The translations under genes were made by a program, and so were the position numbers. Shown here one piece after another: positions 30,470-41,281 of a stretch of DNA of 64,000 nucleotides (positions within the stretch are counted from its first letter, which is position 1; every line of letters begins with the position of its first letter). Under the pieces are notes generated by a model that saw only the letters and a list, made by a program, of their open reading frames with translations, made no database searches and was not told the DNA's origin. This stretch comes from Nitrospinaceae bacterium (GTDB lineage: Bacteria > Nitrospinota > Nitrospinia > Nitrospinales > VA-1): contig BQJC01000001.1 in assembly GCA_021604505.1 (NCBI GenBank), positions 768,218-832,217 on the forward strand. The letters are read 5' to 3'.

Positions 30470-31816
30470 CTAATCGTCATGATTTATTGAAGGATCGATA
30501 ATCAGGCGTTGCGCGTACCTGAAGCGGATGCCCCCTTCCGGGCGGTTGGATAGCGTGATGGTTCCTCCGAGCCGTTGCGCGATTTCCTGACTGATGGCCA
30601 GTCCAAGTCCATTGCCAGGCCGTGGATTTCCCCGGGTGCGGTAAAAGGGTTCCATCACCTGTTGCAACTCATTTTCGGGTATCCCGCTACCGGTGTCGTC
30701 GACACAAAATATTGCTTTTCCTTGCTCGGCAAACAGACTGATATCGACCTTGCCGCCTTCAGGAGTGTAGCGGATCGCATTGTCAATGGCATTGCGGACC
30801 AATTGACCGAGCCGTCCTTCCTGATCCAGCAGATCAATGGAGTCCTGTCTCGTCACCCCCAGATCAACTTTTGCGGATTCTGCCATCGGGTAAAGATCTG
30901 CGATGGCATCTTGCACCACCTTGTTAAGTGACACAACTTCCGTCGGACCCTCATGATCGCTTTGTAAGCGAGCGAGATCAAGCAACTGACTGACCAACCC
31001 ACTGACACGGTCCAAACCCTGTCGCAAAAGTTTCTGTCGTTCCATGCGATCCGTCTCGGAATTGGCTTTCTCGGTATTTTCCACAAGCAGGGATAACGCC
31101 GTTACCGGGGTCCGCAATTCGTGAGCCGCATCGGCAATGAATCGATACTGTTTTTGCATCGCTTGCTGGATTCTTTCCAGCAATACATTGATTGACGAAA
31201 CGAACGGGAAAATTTCTACAGGGATAGCCGTTTCTGGCAATGGCTTAAGCCCGGTGACATCCTGCTGATCCAGGCTTGCTGCTAGTGACTTTAAGGGATT
31301 GAGTCTGTTTCGAATGATTAAATGGATTATGACAAGCATCACAATTACCAATAACACAATTGGCAAAAAGACATTGAGACTGCTGATTAAGGCAATATCA
31401 TCGCGTAACTCGGTTTTCTGCGCAATGGCATAACGCTGGCCGCTGGATGTCAGCTTGAAGGTAAAAACCCGGTACTGCTCGTCATCCAGAGTGATTGTTT
31501 GCAGCCCGTTCCTGAGATTTGCCGGTAATTGTGGCAATGCTTGTGGGGAATTCACATCCAGCCTGCGAATAAGAACCGCTTCATCCTCTACATCTTCTGC
31601 ATCAGGAGGTGACGGTGTGTTTTCATTAAGTTGGCCGGTTTTAACCAGAATCGCTATTTCCCGGAGGGTACCGTCCTGATGTTCGCGGGCTTCATGAAAT
31701 GTGATACCACTGGCGACCAGGCCGGCGACAAGTGCAAAAGCCAAAGCCGTCCAAATAATCCAGCCACTGAGGTCGCGTTGCAAAGATTGGCGGGTTTTCA
31801 CTTGCTCACCATCCAT
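30470..31816 (-). CDS. Sensor histidine kinase (QseC/PmrB-like)
   Basis: Two TM segments flank a periplasmic loop. Contains the H-box AAHELRTP plus N and G boxes (GLGLAI). Confidence 0.85.
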   Translation of the reverse strand: MDGEQVKTRQSLQRDLSGWIIWTALAFALVAGLVASGITFHEAREHQDGTLREIAILVKTGQLNENTPSPPDAEDVEDEAVLIRRLDVNSPQALPQLPANLRNGLQTITLDDEQYRVFTFKLTSSGQRYAIAQKTELRDDIALISSLNVFLPIVLLVIVMLVIIHLIIRNRLNPLKSLAASLDQQDVTGLKPLPETAIPVEIFPFVSSINVLLERIQQAMQKQYRFIADAAHELRTPVTALSLLVENTEKANSETDRMERQKLLRQGLDRVSGLVSQLLDLARLQSDHEGPTEVVSLNKVVQDAIADLYPMAESAKVDLGVTRQDSIDLLDQEGRLGQLVRNAIDNAIRYTPEGGKVDISLFAEQGKAIFCVDDTGSGIPENELQQVMEPFYRTRGNPRPGNGLGLAISQEIAQRLGGTITLSNRPEGGIRFRYAQRLIIDPSINHDD

Positions 31817-32454
31817 CCCAACCCGCGGACATTCTTAATGACGTCTTTTCCAAGTTTTTTTCGTAAGCCATGAATAATGAACTCTACGGCATTGCTGGCC
31901 ACTTCTTCATTCCATCCATAGATACGTTCCTCCAGAACGTCCCTGGCCAGAATAGCTCCAGGTCGAAGCAGTAATGCGTCCAACAGGGCATACTCTCTTG
32001 CGGATAATACGTGCGACTGTTTATCTCGAGTGGCCTCCCGCGTAGCGGGATTGAGAGAGATATCGCCATTGGATAGCAGTGGGTCCGCCAGCCCATGGTT
32101 GCGGCGCACAACGGCCCGCATGCGCGCCAGTAATTCTTCGATGGAGAAAGGCTTGACCAGGTAATCATCCGCACCGTAATCCAGCCCCATGATTCTGTCT
32201 TTTACAGAATCGCGTGCGGTTATGATGATGGTGGGAACAGCATTTTTCTTTTGACGCAATTCACGTAAAACGTCCATTCCGTCTTTACGTGGCAGGCCAA
32301 GATCCAGCAATACCAGGCCATAATTCTGGGTCTGGGTTGAAGACAATGCGGTAGCACCGTCCTGCACCCAGTCGACGGCAAAAGCGGCGTCCTTCAGTGC
32401 CTGCTTCACAGCATTGCCAATTAGCGGGTCATCCTCAACGAGAAGAATGCGCAT
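31798..32454 (-). CDS. OmpR-family response regulator
   Basis: Has a canonical receiver (DLVLLDLGLP, KPF) and a winged-helix output domain (VRGLGW). Confidence 0.9.
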   Translation of the reverse strand: MRILLVEDDPLIGNAVKQALKDAAFAVDWVQDGATALSSTQTQNYGLVLLDLGLPRKDGMDVLRELRQKKNAVPTIIITARDSVKDRIMGLDYGADDYLVKPFSIEELLARMRAVVRRNHGLADPLLSNGDISLNPATREATRDKQSHVLSAREYALLDALLLRPGAILARDVLEERIYGWNEEVASNAVEFIIHGLRKKLGKDVIKNVRGLGWMVSK

Positions 32455-32711
32455 GGCCTATTCATCAATTAAAGTATTTTCAACATAAATACTCTGGCGC
32501 ATAATGGGCCCATAGAGTCGTACGGTCTGGGGGACGGTTGCTGAATGAAACCTGTACCAAGGATATTATCACAAATAGCAAATGGATAAAAAACCCTGGG
32601 CGATAGCGTTAAAGCTCCAGCCATCTCCTCAAAACTCGCGTCGATGAAGCTTAGGCGCTCCGCATTGCTGGGGTCATCTGAAAAGACATGAAACGGATTA
32701 CCCGGTCACTT

Positions 32712-33422
32712 TTACCTTTTCGGCCTCCATTCTCGCGCCAGCCTCTGAGCTTCTGCAGTTTCCAAAGGCGTCATGCGCTTCTCAACAGAGACCCTGTTTC
32801 GAACAGCATTCCTATTTCCCGTCACTCCGGAAAGATTGAACCACATATAGGCTTGAACGTAGTCTTGCGGAGTTCCCAGTCCATTGAGATGCATCAGTCC
32901 CAGATTCCATTGAGCTTCGGTTTGTCCTTGATCCGCTGCTAATTTGTACCACCTGAGTGCTTCCTTGTAATCCTTTTGAACCCCCAGTCCATTGCGGTAC
33001 ATCCAGCCAAGGTTGGATTGGGCCTCTGCCTGCCCCTGGTCTGCCGCCAGTCGATACCACTTAAGAGCTTCCTTGTAATCCGGACGGATTCCATGTCCAT
33101 GGGAATATATCAACCCCAGGTTAAATTGGGCTAAAGCTTCTTCCTGTTCAGCGGCAATCTTAAATTTTTGGACGGCAGTTTTAATATCTCCCTTGATATA
33201 GGCTTCAACACCAGCTTGAAAGTCTGTATCAGGTTCGGTGTATGCCATTGACGGAACAAGGAGGGATAGAAAAACAAGTGTTATACAGAAATTATTTATT
33301 TTCCTGGAATGAAATGGAGAAATTTGAACGGCTTTAAAGGTGATATCAATCGTGTTTATAACGCTGTGGAGCGCCGCACGGCTATGGTTTAGTTTAATAG
33401 GCTTTATCATAATTTTTCTCAA
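32712..33422 (-). CDS. Sel1-repeat (SLR) protein, secreted
   Basis: Four or five Sel1 repeats (A.FNLG.MY..G.GV..DY.EA..WY..AA.QG) and an internal signal-like segment. The true start is uncertain. Confidence 0.78.
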   Translation of the reverse strand: MRKIMIKPIKLNHSRAALHSVINTIDITFKAVQISPFHSRKINNFCITLVFLSLLVPSMAYTEPDTDFQAGVEAYIKGDIKTAVQKFKIAAEQEEALAQFNLGLIYSHGHGIRPDYKEALKWYRLAADQGQAEAQSNLGWMYRNGLGVQKDYKEALRWYKLAADQGQTEAQWNLGLMHLNGLGTPQDYVQAYMWFNLSGVTGNRNAVRNRVSVEKRMTPLETAEAQRLAREWRPKR

Positions 33423-33514
33423 GGGCAGGCCATCTGGTATTTCCGGATGGCCAAGATGAAAAATAAAGGTATCCGATGCATCGGAGCAACCTGGTTCCGA
33501 TCATCATCTTTTTC

Positions 33515-33853
33515 CTATTTGTCGTCATCCTCATCGTCATCATTATCTTCTTTTTCGTGCTTCAGAATTTCTCCAGAGTTTGCATCAATCTTAAGCTCAT
33601 TCACCTCGCTGTTTTTGGCCAGAACTTCCACTTCCCACACCGTTTGTCCATCGTCATTCTCAAATTCAACACTCACAACATTGCCAGGAATCTGCTGCAA
33701 GGCTATTTCAATGGCCTTGTTCAATGAAACTTTAGCCTGAGTAACCGCCTCAACATTTTCAGACTCGGAATTTTTTGCCTGAACGATATAAGCAGTTCCT
33801 GCAAAGGAGCTGACAATTAATATTGCAATAGTGATTGTTTTCAAGTGCTTCAT
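33515..33853 (-). CDS. PepSY-domain protein with a poly-acidic C-terminal tail
   Basis: Has a signal peptide and a PepSY pattern (A...AL...PG.V..VE.E..DG..VWEVE). The tail is EDNDDDEDDDK. Confidence 0.72.
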   Translation of the reverse strand: MKHLKTITIAILIVSSFAGTAYIVQAKNSESENVEAVTQAKVSLNKAIEIALQQIPGNVVSVEFENDDGQTVWEVEVLAKNSEVNELKIDANSGEILKHEKEDNDDDEDDDK

Positions 33854-34173
33854 AATGTGCCTCCAGGAAGATCGTTAACTAGGTAAGCATTTAAGTTTGC
33901 TTATAATGGAGATTAAACTAACCAACTTAGCTAAAACTTAGTATGTGTTCTACGTGTGCAAATAGTGGGTTTATTAAGGCGAAAAGTTTAAGGATAGTTT
34001 GACAGAACTTTCCTTAAAGAAGTTCAGCGCCTGGAAAATTTCGAAATACATATCAAACTTGTATCCGTAAATGACCGTTATTGTTCGATGACGGTCTTTC
34101 AGTGCTTTAGAACGTTTTTAGATTGGATGGGGACGAATACAGAAGGGCAACTGCTACAGGGGCAAGCTTGTGA

Positions 34174-34632
34174 TCAAATTTCCTTGAGGGTTTCCAGAAC
34201 TTCTTCGACGTGGCCTTTCACTTTCACTTTTGGGTAAATCTTTCGGATCACGCCTTGTTTGTCTATAACGAAGGTACTGCGGACGATCCCCATAAATTTT
34301 TTCCCATACATGCTTTTTTCCTGCCAGACGCCATACTTATTAACCACTTTTTGGTCCACGTCTGAAATCAGGTCGAAAGGTAGATCGTGCTTGGCAATGA
34401 ATTTTTGATGTCTTTCAGGCGAGTCGATACTGACTCCCAGAACAACCGTGTTTTTAAATTTTTTGAGATTGTCTTTAAAATCACAGGCTTCGGTGGTGCA
34501 TCCTGGTGTCATGTCTTTCGGATAAAAATACAAGACCACATTTTTTTTACCCTTAAAAGAACTTAATTTTACCTTCTTTTCGTTTTGGTCTATGGCGGTG
34601 AAGTCCGGTGCCTTGTTGCCCTCTTTAAGCAT
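34174..34632 (-). CDS. bcp: Thioredoxin-dependent peroxiredoxin Bcp
   Basis: Contains the [15 protein letters not shown] active site. Confidence 0.9.
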   Translation of the reverse strand: MLKEGNKAPDFTAIDQNEKKVKLSSFKGKKNVVLYFYPKDMTPGCTTEACDFKDNLKKFKNTVVLGVSIDSPERHQKFIAKHDLPFDLISDVDQKVVNKYGVWQEKSMYGKKFMGIVRSTFVIDKQGVIRKIYPKVKVKGHVEEVLETLKEI

Positions 34633-34655
34633 GAATGTATTTTACGCTCCTTGGA

Positions 34656-35117
34656 TTATTCGCCGAGTTTAGCTAGCAGGGCGGTGGCTTTCTCGTTCAC
34701 CGCGGTGACTCGTTCCAGTATTTTTTTGGGGGGGCTCCGGTCGGGGTTCATGTTGAACACCATTCGTCCCTGGCCGATCAATTCCTGGATTTCATCGAAA
34801 AAGGCAGGGGTGGGAGTTTTGCCATCCTCGCACATTTCCTCAAAGATACTGATGGCCCGCCTTATTTTACCATCGGTTTGCAACCCGAGAACAGACTTTT
34901 CTTTCAGTCCAGAGGTTTGCTCCATGAATCCCCACAATCCACCTTTTCCCTGAATAACATTATAACTTCCTATTAAACTTTTTTTTCCTTCTTTGCATAT
35001 GTCAGCCGCGAAAGCGGTTGCGAACCCATAGATCGAGAAAACACAGAGCATCAAAACTATAAACCGTGGCTTTTTGGGCAAAAATCTAGGTCGGGGGAAT
35101 ATGTTGTGAGAAAACAT
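34656..35117 (-). CDS. Hypothetical secreted protein
   Basis: Has a signal peptide (VLMLCVFSIYGFATAFA). I recognise no family. Confidence 0.5.
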   Translation of the reverse strand: MFSHNIFPRPRFLPKKPRFIVLMLCVFSIYGFATAFAADICKEGKKSLIGSYNVIQGKGGLWGFMEQTSGLKEKSVLGLQTDGKIRRAISIFEEMCEDGKTPTPAFFDEIQELIGQGRMVFNMNPDRSPPKKILERVTAVNEKATALLAKLGE

Positions 35118-35323
35118 ATGTTGCGCTCCTTGGCTGAATTTCCCCCTATCTGACAGGGAATTTTGGGTCGTGGGAAGTCAATATGTGTTCAAGACTAACA
35201 GGAAAGGAAAAATAAAGTCAAACTTAAATAAGGAGTGGGGACGGAGGACGCGGAGGGGGTAAAATCCAGCGTATGGGGCTTTACTAAAATTCGGCCATTC
35301 GATATGGGTTTTTCAAAGGATTT

Positions 35324-36940
35324 CTACGGCACCAACTCCTGAAAATCCTTGTTTTCTCGAAGGATTTCAAAAACCGGGTGGGCTTTGATCTGAGTTTTCA
35401 TCTCCGGGTTCCGCCGGACGATCCATTCGATGTTTTTTAAGCCGCCGCGCAAATCGCCTTTTTTGACATAAGCCTGCGCGAGGAGAAAACGATGCGCGAC
35501 AATGTGGTTGTGAGCCGGATGGGTGACCAGCAACCGCTCCAAAATGGATATGGCGCGTTCGTTATTTCCCGATTGGTAATAAGCCGTCGCTGAATTCAGG
35601 ATGCTGTCGAGATACTGAGGGTCCATTCGGGTCACCATGGAATAGATGGCGATCGCGCGGTCGTACATTTTGTAATGGGCAAAAATCTCCCCCTTGCGGT
35701 TGAGGGCATGTGTGGGTTTGATGAAGAGTTCATTCGGGTTCTGCAGGGAAGGGTCGCCAGCCGCGGCATCGGGAAATTGCGCCAGGGTGATTTTTGAAAT
35801 ATCTCCTGGATCGCCTAAAGATTGAGCCTTTTCGTAGAAATCACGCGCTTCCTGCAGTTTCCCCTGAATGACGCGGATGTCTCCCAGTTCCTGAAAAGCT
35901 TTTCCCTTTAAATCATCCTTGTCTTTAACCAGTTCAATGAAGTTGTGGATAACTTTTTCACCGAGATCGAGGCGAAACAGGACACTGCACATGCCGATCA
36001 GGATTTCCTGAACTTTCAAGTCGTCCGGTTTGAGACGGGCGGCGGTTTGCACTTCAATCAGGGACAACCCGTATTCCCCCGATTGATAAAAGGATTGCGA
36101 CCTGCTCAGGTGGTACAAGTGCGGCGTGATTTTAGGGTTGAGTTTGTCCTCGGCGTTTTTATTGACGTAGTCCAGAAGGAGGTTTGCTGAAGCCACCTTG
36201 GGGTGCTCCCGCCGGGTTTCCAGGATTTGAAAAATGTATTTTTTAGCCAGCTCCGGTTTTCTCTGTGTCGCATATAAATAGGCTATTTCATAAGCCGCAT
36301 CCAGATTCTCCGGATCAAGGGACAAGGCTTGCAGGAAGTATTTTTCAGCCTCGGCGTTTTGATCCAGGTATAAAGAAATCATCCCCATCTCAAGAGGGTA
36401 TTGCGGGTTGTTCGGTTCGAGCTTTGCGGTGGTTTGCAATTCTTTGAGGGCCATTGGCATTTTTCCCTGAATCGCAAGAGTCTGGGCGTATTCGTAATGG
36501 GCTTCTGGAGTCTGGTGATGCTGGTTGACGGAAATGAGGCAAGCCCGTTCAGACAACTCGATATTTCCCAGACTTCGGTAGATTTGGCAAAAGCCAAAAT
36601 GCACCGCCGGATGTTTCTGCTGTTGCCGGCTTCCTTCCATGACCAGATTGAGAGCTTTGACGTAGTCCCCCATTTCGTTGTGCAGTAAGCCTTTTAATAT
36701 GACGGCTGTTGTTTCCCTGGGAGAGTTTTTGATTTTTTCATCGAGAATAGCCATCGCCTCCTTGAGTTTTTTCTCACGCACCAGTTCGCGTACTTTTTCA
36801 TAATCGGGATCTTCGTGGTCTTTGGTCCCTTCCAGGTACCAATGCGAAATGGCTTTTCCGGGAAACGTAGCTTCTGCCACTGGCAAAAAATAAACAAAGG
36901 CGATCAAGCCAAAAATTGTCATCAAACAGTTGCGTTTCAT
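35324..36940 (-). CDS. TPR-repeat protein, secreted
   Basis: Has a signal peptide and many TPR-like A..Y...G helical pairs. Confidence 0.75.
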   Translation of the reverse strand: MKRNCLMTIFGLIAFVYFLPVAEATFPGKAISHWYLEGTKDHEDPDYEKVRELVREKKLKEAMAILDEKIKNSPRETTAVILKGLLHNEMGDYVKALNLVMEGSRQQQKHPAVHFGFCQIYRSLGNIELSERACLISVNQHHQTPEAHYEYAQTLAIQGKMPMALKELQTTAKLEPNNPQYPLEMGMISLYLDQNAEAEKYFLQALSLDPENLDAAYEIAYLYATQRKPELAKKYIFQILETRREHPKVASANLLLDYVNKNAEDKLNPKITPHLYHLSRSQSFYQSGEYGLSLIEVQTAARLKPDDLKVQEILIGMCSVLFRLDLGEKVIHNFIELVKDKDDLKGKAFQELGDIRVIQGKLQEARDFYEKAQSLGDPGDISKITLAQFPDAAAGDPSLQNPNELFIKPTHALNRKGEIFAHYKMYDRAIAIYSMVTRMDPQYLDSILNSATAYYQSGNNERAISILERLLVTHPAHNHIVAHRFLLAQAYVKKGDLRGGLKNIEWIVRRNPEMKTQIKAHPVFEILRENKDFQELVP

Positions 36941-36973
36941 AGGGTATAGGGCTTTCTCAATATACAGGTTTTT

Positions 36974-37537
36974 CTATGGGTTTAAGTTTCGGACGGCTCG
37001 CACCGCACGACGGGCTTTTTTTCTTTTAGAGCTGTTGAACTTCTGCCCGGTATTGAAAACCACGCCGAAGGCATTATAATTGCCGTTGTTTTCGCCTGTC
37101 CAAAGCGTGCCGCTTCCTTCCTTGGCAAAAATAGGGTCCATCCGCAGATTCATTTCACGGCCCACTTGCTTGCCGTTAAACTTTTCCGGTTCAAACAAGG
37201 TGGTCAGCTCTGCAATCGTTGGCAGTCGCCAGTCCAGATAATCGGCGAACCGTTCCTGATTCAGCTCTTCGATATAGTCAAACGCCTGGAACCAGTTCAA
37301 CCAGTGGCCTTTATACTGGTAAGAGTCTTCTTTCATCCATTGAAGCCCGGTCTTCGTATCGGTGATGGTCTTGTCGCCGTTATCGATGAATCGCTTATCC
37401 TTGGAATATTTCAAAGGGGCCGCTGAAACCAGTCCGGCAGAAACCGTTCCCAAAATTATCAGACTCAATAGATAAATTAAGGGAAATCGCAGATCAGGAA
37501 TTTTGGATAATATCCATCTGTATTTATCTGTGTTCAT
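36974..37537 (-). CDS. DUF1566 (Lcl C-terminal-like) domain protein, membrane-anchored
   Basis: Contains ITDTKTGLQWMKEDS...DWRLPTI.EL, characteristic of DUF1566. Confidence 0.7.
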   Translation of the reverse strand: MNTDKYRWILSKIPDLRFPLIYLLSLIILGTVSAGLVSAAPLKYSKDKRFIDNGDKTITDTKTGLQWMKEDSYQYKGHWLNWFQAFDYIEELNQERFADYLDWRLPTIAELTTLFEPEKFNGKQVGREMNLRMDPIFAKEGSGTLWTGENNGNYNAFGVVFNTGQKFNSSKRKKARRAVRAVRNLNP

Positions 37538-37578
37538 CGGCAGCTCTTAAGAATCTAATTCATCCATATGGAAGCGGG

Positions 37579-39021
37579 TTATCTGGGAGCGAGTTTGTCT
37601 TTTAGCAACTGGTTGACCAGAGCCGGGTTCGCCTGACCCTTGCTGGCTTTCATGACCTGGCCGACGAAATATCCAAACAGTTTGTCTTTGCCGTTCCGGT
37701 AACCTTCCAGTTGTTCCGGGTTTGCGGCCAGAATTTCATCGATCATTTTGCCGATCGCTGAACTGTCTGAAATTTGCGTCAAGCCCTTTTGTTTGACGAT
37801 GGCTTCCGCAGGTTTTCCGGACTGGTACATCTCCTCAAAAACCGTTTTTGCCATTTTGCCGCTGATGGTGCCCTTGTCGATCAATTTTAAAAGATCGGTC
37901 AAAGCTTTGGGAGCCACCGGGCAATTTTCGATGTCCCGGTCGTCATTTTTTAACTCCCTGAGCAGATCTCCCATGATCCAGTTACTGATGGCCTTGGGTT
38001 GGGCAAATAGAGAGATGCATTCTTCATAGTAATTTGCAAGAGCGAGTGAAGATGTCAGCACACCCGCGTCGTATTCCGGGATTTCATATTCTTGAACAAA
38101 CCGTTGCCTTTTTTGTTCCGGGAGTTCGGGGATGGTTTGCCGGATCCGGTCGACCCACTCAGGGTCCATCGCCAGCCGCACCAGATCCGGCTCCGGAAAA
38201 TACCGGTAGTCGTGCGCCTCTTCCTTACTGCGCATCGAGCGTGTCACTCCCTTATCGGAATCGTAAAGCCGGGTTTCCTGGATCACCTTGTCTCCCTGGT
38301 CCAGAACCTGGGTCTGGCGGTCGACTTCATATTCGATGGCTTTTTGCACGAATCGGAACGAGTTCAGGTTTTTAAGTTCCGTCCGGGTACCAAATTCTTT
38401 TTGTCCTGCGGGACGAAGCGAGATATTGGCGTCGCACCGTAAACTGCCTTCCTCCATATTGCAATCGCTCACGTCGGTGTATTCGAGGATGGCCTTCAAC
38501 TGCGTCAGATACTCCCTGGCCTCTTCCGGAGACCGGAGTTCTGGTTCGCTGACGATTTCTATGAGAGGCGTTCCGGTGCGGTTTAAATCCACATAGCTTT
38601 TTCCCGGCGAGTCCATGTTTTCCCCGTGAATCAATTTTCCTGCGTCCTCTTCCATATGGATACGGGTCAGGCCGATGCGCTTTTTATTCCCGTCCACTTC
38701 AATGTTGATGTGGCCGTCCACTCCGATGGGAAGGTTGAACTGGGAAATTTGATAGCCCTTGGGCAGATCCGGATAGAAATAATTTTTCCGGTCAAAAAAG
38801 TTTTGCGGGTTGATTTGGCAATGCGTCGCCAGGCAGGCTTTCATGGCGTATTCGACCGCCTGCTTGTTCAGCACCGGCAGAACCCCTGGCATCCCCAGGC
38901 AAATCGGGCAGGTGTTTTCGTTGGCCGGGCGGCCAAACTCCGTAGAACAGGAGCAAAAAATTTTCGTTTGCGTCTTCAATTGGGCGTGCACTTCCAACCC
39001 AATCACGGTTTCATACTTCAT
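37579..39021 (-). CDS. gatB: Asp/Glu-tRNA amidotransferase subunit B
   Basis: The N-terminus [18 protein letters not shown] and the C-terminal YqeY-like domain are both present. Confidence 0.95.
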   Translation of the reverse strand: MKYETVIGLEVHAQLKTQTKIFCSCSTEFGRPANENTCPICLGMPGVLPVLNKQAVEYAMKACLATHCQINPQNFFDRKNYFYPDLPKGYQISQFNLPIGVDGHINIEVDGNKKRIGLTRIHMEEDAGKLIHGENMDSPGKSYVDLNRTGTPLIEIVSEPELRSPEEAREYLTQLKAILEYTDVSDCNMEEGSLRCDANISLRPAGQKEFGTRTELKNLNSFRFVQKAIEYEVDRQTQVLDQGDKVIQETRLYDSDKGVTRSMRSKEEAHDYRYFPEPDLVRLAMDPEWVDRIRQTIPELPEQKRQRFVQEYEIPEYDAGVLTSSLALANYYEECISLFAQPKAISNWIMGDLLRELKNDDRDIENCPVAPKALTDLLKLIDKGTISGKMAKTVFEEMYQSGKPAEAIVKQKGLTQISDSSAIGKMIDEILAANPEQLEGYRNGKDKLFGYFVGQVMKASKGQANPALVNQLLKDKLAPR

Positions 39022-39166
39022 GGATGCGAATTTTTGAAATTTTTACAGCCACCGGCGGTTTGCGCGGCCGGAAAGTGCGGAAATTTATAATTTTAAAGTG
39101 GTTAATGTGCGTCCAGCTATTGTAAATGCCCCCAAAGGAGCAGTCAACCCCGATAAAAACCCGCGG

Positions 39167-39907
39167 TCACATGGCTGTATAACCGCCATCGACGGGAAGA
39201 ACGGTCCCGGTAATGAACGTCGATTCATCGCTCGCCAAAAAGAGACAGGCCTGGGCCACGTCCTCCGGCTGGCCGAATCGGCCAATCGGATAATTTTTGC
39301 TCCACTCTTTCATCAATGCCTCGTCGTGCATGAGATCTTCGGTCATTTCCGTGGCGATCAAACCGGGGCAAATGGCATTGGAGCGGATTTGGGACGGGCC
39401 ATACTCGACCGCGAGCGAACGGCTGAACTGGTTCAACGCTCCTTTCGACGTATTGTATGCCGCCACATTTGGAGTGCCGACGAGACCCAGGATCGAGCTG
39501 ATGTGAATGAGACTTCCGGATTTCTGCCGGATCATGTGGGGAAGCACTTCCCGGGTCAGTTTAAACACACAAGTCAAGTTCACCTTGAGGACGCTGTCCC
39601 AGTCCCCGTCTTTAGTTTCGTGCACCGGGGACCCGGTGAACACTCCGGCGTTGTTGACTAGAATATCGATCTTCCCATAGGCGTCGACAGCGGTCTTGAC
39701 CAGCCGTTGGATATCTTCATCGCAGGTGATATCCCCTGAAACCGCCAGAGCCCGGTCGCCTATTTCTTGGACGGCTTCGTCCAACCGGGCTTTTCTTCGG
39801 CCAAAAATCACCGACCGCGCGCCTTCACGGCAAAAAAGCCGGGCACAGCTCAATCCGATTCCACTGCCGCCCCCGGTGATGACTGCCGTTTTATTTTCCA
39901 GCCGCAT
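39167..39907 (-). CDS. Short-chain dehydrogenase/reductase (FabG-like)
   Basis: Contains TGGGSGIG, NNAG and the catalytic YNTSK. The ATG at 39907 has RBS AGGAAG; the longer annotated ORF is an upstream extension. Confidence 0.88.
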   Translation of the reverse strand: MRLENKTAVITGGGSGIGLSCARLFCREGARSVIFGRRKARLDEAVQEIGDRALAVSGDITCDEDIQRLVKTAVDAYGKIDILVNNAGVFTGSPVHETKDGDWDSVLKVNLTCVFKLTREVLPHMIRQKSGSLIHISSILGLVGTPNVAAYNTSKGALNQFSRSLAVEYGPSQIRSNAICPGLIATEMTEDLMHDEALMKEWSKNYPIGRFGQPEDVAQACLFLASDESTFITGTVLPVDGGYTAM

Positions 39908-40069
39908 AGGGTCTTCCTTAGTTTTTGATCTCTGTTGCAACGTATGTATAATGTTTACATGGATCGATTGAAAATTCCCCGGACCCAGGAGGCAGAATAT
40001 AACATGATAATCCACCCGCCCGAAAAAAAACCCGATGGATTTTCTTTCATCTAATCAAAGGGTTGGATT

Positions 40070-40324
40070 ATGGATACGATGAAGATTATTTATTATATTT
40101 TTGGAGCTTTTATTGGATTTGTTTGCGGTAGCATCATTAATCTGATTTTTTACTGGCTGGACCAATCCGGGGTCAAATTTGCGGAAAATCTGATACAAAA
40201 TTACGGGGCCTTTGGCCGGTTTCTTTTGGAAATGCTCAATGCCTTGCCCTTCTTCGGATTGGCATTGGGAATCATCATGGTCAAGCTTTTATTCGGAAAT
40301 GAACTGGATCAAAGACGCGACTGA
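40070..40324 (+). CDS. Small hypothetical membrane protein (2 TM)
   Basis: Hydrophobic ORF of 84 aa. No family recognised. Confidence 0.45.
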   Translation: MDTMKIIYYIFGAFIGFVCGSIINLIFYWLDQSGVKFAENLIQNYGAFGRFLLEMLNALPFFGLALGIIMVKLLFGNELDQRRD

Positions 40325-40403
40325 ATCCCGTTTTTCCGCGGCTCGATTTTAAATGGTAAAATAATCAACGGGCTTTGTCTGGACAATAATATGGAAAGTA
40401 AGA

Positions 40404-40610
40404 ATGCCGAAAAAGTTTAACGAAAATTTAGTCAAGGCGATGGAGGCCACTCAGGAAGCCGTCAAGATCTGTAAACAGGCGATGGTCGATGCCAATGACG
40501 ATAGTTGCCGGGCCATGTACCAGGCCATATTGAAGGACTGTGAAAAGCACGTCGCGATGCTTAAAGACGAAATGGATCTGCACAAGGTGCAAAAAAAGTG
40601 GGATTCATAA
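40404..40610 (+). CDS. Small helical Cys-containing protein (68 aa), first gene of the metal-sensor operon
   Basis: Its TAA stop abuts the ATG of the downstream response regulator. It has three Cys residues and no signal peptide. Confidence 0.55.
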   Translation: MPKKFNENLVKAMEATQEAVKICKQAMVDANDDSCRAMYQAILKDCEKHVAMLKDEMDLHKVQKKWDS

Positions 40611-41279
40611 ATGCGTATTTTGATCGTTGAAGACGAGAAAAAAGTAGCCGCTTTTATAAAAAAAGGGCTGGAAGAAGAGACTTACGCCGTCGATGTGGCT
40701 TATGACGGAGAAGAAGGCCTGTTTTTAGGTCTGGAGAACAAATACGACCTGATCATATTGGACTTGATGCTTCCCGCCATCGATGGGATGGAGGTGCTCT
40801 CCAGGCTTCGGGAAAAAAAGGTGGACACACCGATTCTTTTGCTCACCGCGAAGGATTCAGTTGAAGACAAGGTGACCGGATTGAACACCGGCGCCGATGA
40901 TTATCTGACCAAGCCGTTTGCATTTTCCGAACTTCTGGCTCGTATCCGGGTGTTATTGCGCCGTGGTAAAGCCGAAACCAAGACGGTCCTGCAGATCGAC
41001 GGGCTGACTCTGGATCTGGTGAGTCACAAAGTGAACCGCGATGGAGAAGAAATTGAGCTGACCGGAAAAGAATACAGCCTGTTGGAATACTTCATGCGCA
41101 ATCAGGGAAAGGTGTTGACTCGAACCATGATCGCCGAGCACGTCTGGGATTATAATTTCGATACGTTCACCAATGTGATCGATGTTTATGTGAATCACTT
41201 GCGGAAAAAGATCGATAAAAATTACCCGGACAAGCTTCTGCATACCCTTCGGGGCGTCGGATACATCATGAAAGAATAG
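40611..41279 (+). CDS. Heavy-metal response regulator (CusR/CopR-like, OmpR family)
   Basis: Contains MRILIVEDE.K......GL, DLIILDLMLP and a winged-helix output domain (LHTLRGVGY). Confidence 0.88.
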   Translation: MRILIVEDEKKVAAFIKKGLEEETYAVDVAYDGEEGLFLGLENKYDLIILDLMLPAIDGMEVLSRLREKKVDTPILLLTAKDSVEDKVTGLNTGADDYLTKPFAFSELLARIRVLLRRGKAETKTVLQIDGLTLDLVSHKVNRDGEEIELTGKEYSLLEYFMRNQGKVLTRTMIAEHVWDYNFDTFTNVIDVYVNHLRKKIDKNYPDKLLHTLRGVGYIMKE

Positions 41280-41281
41280 TT

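Noticed and set aside
33854-34173. Possible response-regulator direct repeats (TTAAG-type half sites) upstream of the PepSY gene
   Set aside because: The half-sites are degenerate and irregularly spaced, so I cannot distinguish them from chance in AT-rich DNA.
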